A DNA stretch of 64,000 nt from Candidatus Latescibacterota bacterium (lineage in GTDB: Bacteria; Latescibacterota; UBA2968; UBA8231). Shown in pieces: positions 37,731-45,857 of the stretch. Every line of letters starts with the position of its first letter. Position 1 is the stretch's first letter. Under the pieces are notes generated by a model, which worked only from the letters and a program-made list of their open reading frames with translations, was not told where the DNA came from and searched no databases. The position numbers and the translations under genes were made by a program. The stretch covers positions 3,968,001 to 4,032,000 of the forward strand of contig OZ244561.1 in the NCBI GenBank assembly GCA_965217585.1, given 5' to 3'.

Positions 37731-38864
37731 CTACCCCACCCACTCATGTGCCTGCCTCCTCATCTCCTCCCGGGCCAGCCCCAGAATCTCGGCGGCACGC
37801 CCGAGTGAGATGTGCTCCTGTTCGAGCGCCTGTCGCACGAGCCGCGAGAGGCGACCCTCGACAAAGTCGTGCCGGGAGAGGCCCTCGGGCTCGCCGGAGC
37901 GACTCCAGTTCCAGGCGAACTCGCTTCTTTCAAGTGCTTCGGGTTCGTCGGTCCTGCGAAGCGTCTTGCCGAAGTAACCGCGATGCTGGAGCTGGAATGC
38001 ACGCCAGATATCCGAGGTTTCACGACCAGACTCGACCAGCCGATAGAGCACGGTTTTGTAACTCACTCGGAAGATGCGCTTGACCTTGAGGACGCGGACG
38101 AGGAGCGGGTGTCCTCGGGTCTCGTCCCACTCCGAGGCGAACGCGGCTTCTGGCATCAGGAAGTGGCTCGCAAAGGCGTCGGCCTCGTGCTCTGTCTGCA
38201 CGGGGAGTTCGGTGGCATCGCGTCGATACTCGGCGGGGTGGAGCAACAAATGGCCGAGTTCGTGTGCCGCGGTGAAGATCCAGCGCTCCACCGAGATCCG
38301 CTCCCAGGTATTGACCACCACGGCAGGACCGCCGTCCCCCGCGCCGACGCTCAGCCCGAAGAAGGCGTCGCTCTTCTTATCGAGGAGCAGGAGCTTCACT
38401 CCGTTGCTTTCGAGCAACCCGCAGATGTCGCGCACCGGCTCTTCCGGCCTAAGCCCGATGGCTTTGCGCGCGGCCTGTGCGGCCTTCACCGGGTTCCCGT
38501 GCTGAGTGCGAACGGCCTTGAATCGGAAGGGGCACGACTGGCCGAGATCAGCTTCGACTTGGGTATAGGCGTCGATCCAGTTTGCGACCTCGGCTAGGAT
38601 CTGCGCCCGAGCGTGGACCCGTGCCTGGACGCGGAATCGCACGGTCTCAAGGGGCCGAACAGGCGTCGCGAGATCGCCGAGCGGAACGCCTAATGCTTTT
38701 CCTATAGCGGTGAGGGTCCGGGCACGTGGGACGACGATACCTCGTTCGATCTTTCCGAGCGCGACCCTTGAGAGTCCCGCCTTTCGGGCGAGTTCCTCTT
38801 GGGTCAACTGCCGATCCAGCCGTAGCCGGGCGATATTCGCGGCAATGTGCTCTTCACCAGCCAT
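37731..38864 (-). CDS. XRE HTH + ImmA/IrrE (M78) metallopeptidase
   Basis: LTQEELARKAGLSRVALGKIERG; FTAAHELGHLLLH; EADAFAS. Confidence 0.92.
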   Translation of the reverse strand: MAGEEHIAANIARLRLDRQLTQEELARKAGLSRVALGKIERGIVVPRARTLTAIGKALGVPLGDLATPVRPLETVRFRVQARVHARAQILAEVANWIDAYTQVEADLGQSCPFRFKAVRTQHGNPVKAAQAARKAIGLRPEEPVRDICGLLESNGVKLLLLDKKSDAFFGLSVGAGDGGPAVVVNTWERISVERWIFTAAHELGHLLLHPAEYRRDATELPVQTEHEADAFASHFLMPEAAFASEWDETRGHPLLVRVLKVKRIFRVSYKTVLYRLVESGRETSDIWRAFQLQHRGYFGKTLRRTDEPEALERSEFAWNWSRSGEPEGLSRHDFVEGRLSRLVRQALEQEHISLGRAAEILGLAREEMRRQAHEWVG

Positions 38865-39000
38865 TGTTTTTCCTCGTGGGGTATTTGATCAATTTCTTGA
38901 AAGTTATCATCTTTTCTATTTTATGACAAATGATATCTTATCGATACCGACTTCAGCTTCCCATCTTGATCTCCGCGTCCCTTTTCCCTAGATTGTCGTT

Positions 39001-39060
39001 CAACAATCGGACGCTCCCTTAACCGACAATCGGACGCTCCCCTAATCAACAAATGGACGC
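39001..39060 (+). repeat. 23-bp-period imperfect tandem repeat overlapping the ATPase start
   Basis: CAACAATCGGACGCTCCCTTAAC / CGACAATCGGACGCTCCCCTAAT / CAACAAATGGACGC. Confidence 0.8.
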
Positions 39061-40300
39061 CGACCATTCCCTGTTTCCCCGCTCGCTGACACCCGTCCTC
39101 CGAGAGGCTTTGGCCGACACGCCGGTGGTTTGTCTGCTTGGGCCGCGGCAAAGCGGGAAAACTACGCTCGCGCAGCAGCTCGCGCCTGACCGTGCGTTCG
39201 TCAGCTTAGACGAGCACAACTACTACCAAACCGCTGGGGCCGACCCAGACGATTTCGTCGCCAGCCTGCCGGAAGCGGTGACCTTGGACGAGGTGCAACG
39301 GGTGCCGACGCTGCTCTCGGCCATCAAACGCGCCGTGGATCAGGACCGCCGTCCCGGGCGTTTCCTCCTGACCGGCTCGGCCAATCTATTGCTGGTGCCG
39401 ACCGTTACTGAATCTCTGGCGGGACGGATGGAAATGGCGCAGTTGCACCCATTGACCGAATCAGAAAAAGAGCGCCGTCCCGGGCGCTTCCTCAGCGACC
39501 TGCTGAACGGCGCACTCAAACCGGGTATCCGGCCCAAGGCAGAGCCTGCCGGGCCGTCGCTGCCGGAGCGACTGGTAGCTGGCGGCTATCCTGAGCCGCT
39601 GACCCGCACGCCCAGCCGCGCCCGGCAATGGCATCGGCAGTATCTACGCAGCATCATCGAGCGGGATGTGCAAGATGTGGCGCGGGTGCGGGATGCCCAT
39701 GAGTTGGCGCGCCTGCTGGAGTTATTGGCCCTGCGCAGCGCCGAACTATTGAACACCTGCAATCTGGCCAACAGCCTCGATCTGCATCGGGCGACAGTAG
39801 ATCACTACATCGCCGTGCTCGAACGGCTCTTTCTGGTGCGACGCCTACCCGCATGGCACCGCAACCCGGCCAAACGACTCGTCAAAACACCGAAGATCCA
39901 TCTGCTCGACAGCGGGCTAGCGGCAACTCTCGCCGACTTGACTACGGCCGATTGGCTCAACCGTCGGGACCGCATGGGGCATCTGTTAGAGTCTTTCGTA
40001 GTACAGCAACTCATGGCCCAAGCCACGTGGACAGAGCCGGATTTGCGTTTCTGGCACTATCGCGACAAGGATCAGGTGGAGGTCGATGTAGTCCTTACCC
40101 GGGGCCAGAAGACTTGGGGTATTGAGGTCAAGGCCGCCAGTGCGCTCACCTCCAAAGACGGGCAAGGGCTTGTGCGGCTAGCCGATCGCTGCGGCGAGAA
40201 TTTCGAGTCCGGGGTGCTGCTCTACACCGGCCGCGACCGGCTCCCGTTGGCCGACGAGCGCATACTCGCTGTGCCGTTGAGCGAATTGTGGGAGCGGTAG
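39053..40300 (+). CDS. AAA_14-like ATPase with a DUF4143 nuclease-like C-terminus
   Basis: GPRQSGKT, LDEVQR, FLLTGSA, KTPKIHLLDSGL, EVDVV..GIEVKA. Confidence 0.9.
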   Translation: MDADHSLFPRSLTPVLREALADTPVVCLLGPRQSGKTTLAQQLAPDRAFVSLDEHNYYQTAGADPDDFVASLPEAVTLDEVQRVPTLLSAIKRAVDQDRRPGRFLLTGSANLLLVPTVTESLAGRMEMAQLHPLTESEKERRPGRFLSDLLNGALKPGIRPKAEPAGPSLPERLVAGGYPEPLTRTPSRARQWHRQYLRSIIERDVQDVARVRDAHELARLLELLALRSAELLNTCNLANSLDLHRATVDHYIAVLERLFLVRRLPAWHRNPAKRLVKTPKIHLLDSGLAATLADLTTADWLNRRDRMGHLLESFVVQQLMAQATWTEPDLRFWHYRDKDQVEVDVVLTRGQKTWGIEVKAASALTSKDGQGLVRLADRCGENFESGVLLYTGRDRLPLADERILAVPLSELWER

Positions 40301-40376
40301 GGCATGCGCCGAGCGCGACGGCTTGCCCAAAAAGGCTGTTGACCGGGATAAATCCCTAGGCGTAACTAAATAGGGT
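40238..40376 (+). repeat. ~138-bp imperfect direct repeat, copy 1 (ATPase 3' end plus downstream region)
   Basis: aligns by eye with 51874-52011. Confidence 0.9.
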
Positions 40377-40395
40377 TGACTAGTCAGATAGCGAA

Positions 40396-41388
40396 TTGAC
40401 CATGAAAACTCCTGTTCAAGCATTAAATAAAGAAGGAACCTCCCGGCTATACGTGCGCCAGCGGCAGCTTCTCGCACTGCTTGACGTACTTGGGGGCAAC
40501 GCGAGCAGCCGAGACTTCCAGAAACTCCTGTTCCTCTACTGCAAGGAGTTGTTCCCCGCTGACCAAACAAGTCCCTACGAGTTCGTGCCCTACCGATATG
40601 GAGCTTTCTCGTTCACGTGCTATGCAGACCGCCGCCGCCTCGTCGATTGCGGTCTGCTGATCGACGATCAACAGCATTGGGCACTCACTGAAAAGGGCAA
40701 GCGCATCGCACGCGAAACCCAAGATGGTTCGATACGAGTGTTTGCGCAGCGCTACCACAGGCTGCGAGGTGACGCGCTCATCGCAGAAACCTACCGCAAG
40801 TATCCTTATTACGCGATCCGCAGTGACATTGCCGAGCAGGTGCTCGAAAATGATGAAGTCGCGCTCAGTCGGATCGAATCTGCCCGTCCAGAAGGAACCC
40901 CATCTCAGCTTTTGACTATCGGGTACGAGGGGCGAACTCTAGAGAGCTATCTCAATGCGTTACTCCAGGCAAGTGTGACCGTCCTTTGCGATGTTCGACG
41001 GAACGCCATCAGCCGCAAATACGGCTTTTCTAAGAACACACTTGCCAGGGCATGCGATGGAGTCGGTATTCGCTACGAACACCTGCCCGAACTCGGAATT
41101 GAATCACGGCAACGCCGGGGCTTAGAATCCCAAACGGATTTCGACGCTCTTTTCAGGGCATACGAGCGGAAGAGCCTTCCGAGACAGGGCGATGCTTTGG
41201 CAAAAATCCGTGCCTGGCTGCGATTGGGCGAATCTGTCGCGCTTACCTGTTACGAGCGTGAAGCCTATCAATGTCATCGGCACTGTGTCGCCGACGCGCT
41301 CCGCCAGATACTTGACCAGGGAAGTCTGTTTGATCAAGCCGCACCGCACCATACTGCAGAGCAGGGTTGTACCGTGAGACATTTATGA
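40396..41388 (+). CDS. DUF488-domain protein with an N-terminal HTH-like domain
   Basis: FQKLLFLY..YEFVPYRYGAFS; TIGYEGR, DVRRNAISRKYGFSK, CYE..CHR. Confidence 0.85.
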   Translation: MTMKTPVQALNKEGTSRLYVRQRQLLALLDVLGGNASSRDFQKLLFLYCKELFPADQTSPYEFVPYRYGAFSFTCYADRRRLVDCGLLIDDQQHWALTEKGKRIARETQDGSIRVFAQRYHRLRGDALIAETYRKYPYYAIRSDIAEQVLENDEVALSRIESARPEGTPSQLLTIGYEGRTLESYLNALLQASVTVLCDVRRNAISRKYGFSKNTLARACDGVGIRYEHLPELGIESRQRRGLESQTDFDALFRAYERKSLPRQGDALAKIRAWLRLGESVALTCYEREAYQCHRHCVADALRQILDQGSLFDQAAPHHTAEQGCTVRHL

Positions 41389-41453
41389 CAACCATGGAAA
41401 AGCAACGCATCCTCGTCACTGTAAAGACCTATCCGAGAACGCTCAGGTGCTAA
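41385..41453 (+). pseudogene. 22-aa 5' remnant of the gene coupled to DUF488
   Basis: ATGA overlap; MTTMEKQRILVTVKTYP, then a stop after 5 more codons. Confidence 0.55.
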
Positions 41454-41469
41454 AGAGAGGTATCATTCC

Positions 41470-42810
41470 ATGGACGAGATAACCCTCAAGAACTTCCGCT
41501 GCTTCCGCGAAGAGCAGACCGCCCGCCTCGCACCGCTGACGCTGCTCGTCGGCGAGAATAGCACCGGCAAGACTTCTTTCATGGCGATGATTCGAGCGCT
41601 GTGGGATGTCGCCTACCGACGGACCGACCCGGATTTCAAAGAGGAGCCCTACGACCTCGGCAGCTTCGACGAAATTGCCCACCACAGAGGTGGCCGGGGC
41701 GGCCGGGCAACTAACTTCAAGGCGGGATTTACTGCTAGGCGGAGAGAGACTCAAACTGACCGGGAACTCAAGGTCGCAACAGATCGCCTATATCGCTTCG
41801 ACGTGACGTTCGAGCGAGATGGTACCGCGCCAGTTCCAGCGATCAGACGCTTTTCTTACGATGACGCTTGGCTTGAAGAAGATTTCAGATATGATGATTG
41901 GTGTCCGCGGATCCTCAGTGGAACGCCGAACGGTAATTGGGTCGGGGGGGTAGTAACTGATTCCCCGGCATCGCCCTTTTTCATAGACATAGACCCAGAT
42001 AGTCCAGATTGGGAACGGCTCCAGCAACTTTCTCGTATTTTTGAGGAAGTACGAGAATTCGGCCGTCATACGCCGCGACCTTACGCCAGTGCCCCCGTCC
42101 GTTCCAAGCCCCAACGCACCTACGATCCCGCACGCCCAACGCGGGACCCGGAAGGTGATTACATTCCGATGTATCTAGCAGATGTGTTTTTTCAGGAGAA
42201 GGGAGAATGGAACTATCTCAAAGGAGCACTTGAGAAGTTCGGTCAAGAGTCTGGGCTGTTCGATGAGATTTCGGTCAAGTCCTTCGGAAGGAAGGCAAGC
42301 GAACCGTTTCAAGTGCAGGTCAGGAAATTCGGCAGCAGGGTCAAGGGGCCTCAGCGCAACCTAATCGACGTCGGCTATGGCGTCAGCCAAGTTCTGCCCG
42401 TTGTCACTGAGCTGCTCCGCGGCAGAGATTTTCCTGATCTGCTCGGCCACAGCATACCGCCCATGTTTCTTTTGCAGCAACCCGAAGTGCATCTGCATCC
42501 CAGCGCCCAAGCTGCCTTGGGCAGCTTGTTCTGCCAAGTCGCCAAGCCGGACCGCCAATTAGTAATCGAGACGCACAGCGATCACCTACTCGACCGGGTG
42601 CGGATGGACGTGCGCGACGGCACCACAGCACTGAAGTCTGACGATGTTTCCATCCTCTTTTTTGAGCGTAAGGATTTGGACGTTCGCATTCATTCACTCC
42701 GCATTGACGAAGAGGGAAACATCGAAGGCGCACCCGGTAGCTACCGCAGGTTTTTTATGGAAGAGGTAGCAAGGTCTCTGTGGAAGAGACAGATGACTGT
42801 AGGAAACTGA
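41470..42810 (+). CDS. ABC-type (AAA_15/21-like) ATPase with a DUF3696-like tail
   Basis: GENSTGKT, DVGYGVSQVLP, LQQPEVHLHP, IETHSDH. Confidence 0.88.
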   Translation: MDEITLKNFRCFREEQTARLAPLTLLVGENSTGKTSFMAMIRALWDVAYRRTDPDFKEEPYDLGSFDEIAHHRGGRGGRATNFKAGFTARRRETQTDRELKVATDRLYRFDVTFERDGTAPVPAIRRFSYDDAWLEEDFRYDDWCPRILSGTPNGNWVGGVVTDSPASPFFIDIDPDSPDWERLQQLSRIFEEVREFGRHTPRPYASAPVRSKPQRTYDPARPTRDPEGDYIPMYLADVFFQEKGEWNYLKGALEKFGQESGLFDEISVKSFGRKASEPFQVQVRKFGSRVKGPQRNLIDVGYGVSQVLPVVTELLRGRDFPDLLGHSIPPMFLLQQPEVHLHPSAQAALGSLFCQVAKPDRQLVIETHSDHLLDRVRMDVRDGTTALKSDDVSILFFERKDLDVRIHSLRIDEEGNIEGAPGSYRRFFMEEVARSLWKRQMTVGN

Positions 42811-42813
42811 GGA

Positions 42814-43281
42814 ATGTGCGCAATTGTTGACGCCAACGTCGCTCACGAGGTGTTCGCTACTAGTCCACAGCCGGCAGGGGAGAAGTTCTTTAATTGGCTC
42901 AACGAAGGAACTGGCCGCCTCGTGGCCGGTGGCAAACTCCTTGAAGAACTCGAGGCGAGCTCAAAAAACTTCAGAGCATGGGCAAGTGTGGCCGTAGGTG
43001 CCGGAAAGCTACGGATCGTGAACAAAAATGCAGTCGATACAGAAACCAATCATATCCAAAGTCATGGCGCATGCGAGTCAGACGATCCACATGTCATTGC
43101 CTTGGCTCAAGTCAGCGGTGCTCGTTTGTTGTACTCGAACGATAGGGCCTTGCAGCAGGATTTCAAGGACAAGAGACTGATTGACGAACCGCGAGGTAAA
43201 GTTTACTCGACGAGTGGGGGCGGGAGCTTCCAGCGCAGTCACGACAGGCTGCTTAAAAACAAAAATTTGTGCCGCTTATGA
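42814..43281 (+). CDS. PIN-domain-like protein
   Basis: IVDANV, SDDPHVIALA, LLYSNDRAL acidic tetrad pattern. Confidence 0.75.
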   Translation: MCAIVDANVAHEVFATSPQPAGEKFFNWLNEGTGRLVAGGKLLEELEASSKNFRAWASVAVGAGKLRIVNKNAVDTETNHIQSHGACESDDPHVIALAQVSGARLLYSNDRALQQDFKDKRLIDEPRGKVYSTSGGGSFQRSHDRLLKNKNLCRL

Positions 43282-43357
43282 TTTTGGGGATGAAGTCTGT
43301 ACGCTGCCAAAATCGAGAACCCGTTTGCCGGTGCCAGACTGTGAACACGGAAATTAC

Positions 43358-43584
43358 ATGAAAAAATTTACTGCCAACGACCCAAAGGCGCACTCGCCCG
43401 ATGTTATCGCCGAGAACGTCAAACACCTGAAGGCCCTGTTTCCCGAAGCCTTCACCGAGGGCAAGGTCGATTTCGAGGTGCTCAAGCAGCTTCTCGGCGG
43501 CGCAGTCGAAGAGCGCGAGGAGAAATACGGCCTCAACTGGCACGGCAAGCGCCGGGCGCGGCAGCTTGCGCTGACGCTTTCGAC
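43358..43584 (+). pseudogene. mod: diverged, truncated duplicate of the mod 5' end
   Basis: MKKFTANDPKAHSPDVIAENVKHLKALFPEAFTEGK...LALTLST parallels 43853-44079. Confidence 0.88.
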
Positions 43585-43852
43585 TTGGCATCTAGTGTCC
43601 CTACCCGGAAGAGAGCGTCGATTCGTCAAGTGTTGTTCTAATGGTCATTTTTGCATCTCATAATTTTGGAGAGATTCATGGCTAAGCAGTCCCTGAACCG
43701 AAACCCCAACAAACACCCGAGCCCCGAAGAGATATAATTGAGCGAGGAAGAAGGGTTCCTCGGCCTCCACCCCAACCTCCACCAAAAAAGAGAGGGAGTA
43801 AAGGGTGAGCTGAAGGTGATGGCGAGCGCCAAATTTTGAACTGAGGAAGGGT

Positions 43853-45739
43853 GTGAAAAAGATCACTGCCAACGACCCAAAGACGCGCTCGGCGGACATT
43901 ATGGCCGAGAACATCGAACATCTGAAGGCCCTGTTTCCCGAAGCCTTCACCGAGGGCAAGATCGACTTCGATGTGCTCAAGCAGCTTCTCTGCGGTGCGG
44001 TCGAAGAGCGCGAGGAGAAGTACGGCCTCAACTGGCACGGCAAGCGCCAAGCGCGGCAGCTTGCGCTGACGCCTTCGACCGGTACCCTGCGCCCCTGCCC
44101 AGAGGAAAGTGTCGACTGGGATATGACGCAAAACCAGATGATCGAGGGCGATAATCTGGAGGTGCTCAAGCTGTTGCAGAAGAGCTACGCCGGAAAGGTG
44201 AAGCTGATTTACATCGACCCGCCGTACAACACGGGGAAGGACTTCGTCTATCCCGACGACTACCGCGACAATATCCAGAATTATCTGGAGTTGACGGGAC
44301 AGACGGATGGCGAGAAGCGGAAGCTGTCGTCAAATACGGATGCTTCGGGGCGGTTTCACACCGACTGGCTGAACATGATGTATCCGAGGCTGAAGCTGGC
44401 GCGGAACCTGCTCCGCGAGGATGGCGCGATCTTCGTCAGCATTGCCGACCACGAAGTCCACAACCTGAGACTGGCGATGGACGACATCTTTGGCGAAGAG
44501 AACTTCGTGGCAACGGTAATCTGGCAAAAGGTTTACTCGCCCAAGAATACGGCTCGCCACTTCTCTGAAGATCACGACTACATCGTGGTTTATGCAAAGA
44601 GCGGAGAGACCTGGGTACCGCGTCTGCTTCCACGCACCGAGGAAATGGAAGCCCGATATGCGAACCTCGACAATGATGAGCGAGGCCCCTGGAAACCGGG
44701 CGACTTGTCAGCTCGCAACTTCTACGGCGAAGGAACTTATGCCGTTACATGTCCATCCGGGAGAGCGATCTCTGGACCTCCAACTGGCAGATATTGGGTG
44801 ATCTCAAAAGGCCGTTTTGAAGAGCTGGACAGGAACGGCCGAATCTGGTGGGGTGAGGACGGCAACAACATGCCCGCTCTTAAACGCTTCCTATCGGAGG
44901 TTCAGGATGGCAGGGTCCCCCAAACGCTGTGGCGTTATGACGAAGTCGGCCATACCCAGGAAGCGAAAAAGGAGTTACTGGCGCTTATGCGCTCTCCAAC
45001 TTCCGACATCGTATTCGACACGCCGAAGCCAACGCGCCTCGTACGCCGAATGCTGCAAATAGCCACGTCTCAGTCGGAGAACGACATCGTTCTGGATTTC
45101 TTCGCTGGAACCGGCTCCACTATGGACGCCGTCTTTCGCCAGAACGCAGAGGACCAGGGGAACCGGCGCTGCATCCTGGTTCAGCTACCGGAGCCACTGA
45201 CTCAGGATGCCGGTAGCTGTCCCGCCACTATCGCCGACCTCACCAAGAACAGACTGCGCCAGGCCGGCGAAGAAGTGCGGTCGAACAGCCCGATGTTCGC
45301 TGGCGACCTCGGCTTCCGCGTCTTCGAGCTCGGCACCTCCAATATTCGCGCCTGGGAGCCGGACGGCGATGACCTTGAAGGCACGCTGCTCGACAGCATC
45401 GACCACATCAAGCCAGATCGTAGCCAAGACGACATCCTTTACGAGTTGCTGCTCAAGCTCGGCCTCGACCTGTGCGTGCCCATCGAGACCCAGACTATCG
45501 CGGGCAAGGCTGTACGCTCCATCGGTGCCGGGACGTTGATCGCCTGCCTCGACGAGCACATCGCCCGGGAGGATGTCAATCCGCTGGCTCTCGGCATTGC
45601 CGAGTGGCACAAGCAACTCGAACCCACGGGCGACGCCACGGTGATCTTCCGCGACAGCGCTTTTGAGAATGATGTCGCCAAGACGAACATGGCGGCCATT
45701 CTGGAGCAGAACGGCCTCGGCAACGTGCGGAGCTTATAA
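43853..45739 (+). CDS. mod: type III R-M methyltransferase (Mod)
   Basis: IEGDNLEVLKLL, YIDPPYNTG, TPKPTRL, LDFFAGTGST. Confidence 0.95.
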   Translation: MKKITANDPKTRSADIMAENIEHLKALFPEAFTEGKIDFDVLKQLLCGAVEEREEKYGLNWHGKRQARQLALTPSTGTLRPCPEESVDWDMTQNQMIEGDNLEVLKLLQKSYAGKVKLIYIDPPYNTGKDFVYPDDYRDNIQNYLELTGQTDGEKRKLSSNTDASGRFHTDWLNMMYPRLKLARNLLREDGAIFVSIADHEVHNLRLAMDDIFGEENFVATVIWQKVYSPKNTARHFSEDHDYIVVYAKSGETWVPRLLPRTEEMEARYANLDNDERGPWKPGDLSARNFYGEGTYAVTCPSGRAISGPPTGRYWVISKGRFEELDRNGRIWWGEDGNNMPALKRFLSEVQDGRVPQTLWRYDEVGHTQEAKKELLALMRSPTSDIVFDTPKPTRLVRRMLQIATSQSENDIVLDFFAGTGSTMDAVFRQNAEDQGNRRCILVQLPEPLTQDAGSCPATIADLTKNRLRQAGEEVRSNSPMFAGDLGFRVFELGTSNIRAWEPDGDDLEGTLLDSIDHIKPDRSQDDILYELLLKLGLDLCVPIETQTIAGKAVRSIGAGTLIACLDEHIAREDVNPLALGIAEWHKQLEPTGDATVIFRDSAFENDVAKTNMAAILEQNGLGNVRSL

Positions 45740-45857
45740 GACGGGGCTCCAATGTCGAAACATGTAAGCATACCAAGGCTTTATCGAGAAAGCCTCGACA
45801 ACGGACGCCGAACAATCGGCTAATGGCATTTCATACATCAACCGAAGGAGAAGTAAC

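Noticed and set aside
39001-39060. Possible mini-CRISPR
   Set aside because: Units are contiguous with only ~7 variable nt, there are no spacer-length unique segments and no cas genes in the window
45752-45823. MSKH... micro-ORF after mod-2 as the missing hicA 5' end
   Set aside because: Only four residues resemble a HicA start; insufficient evidence
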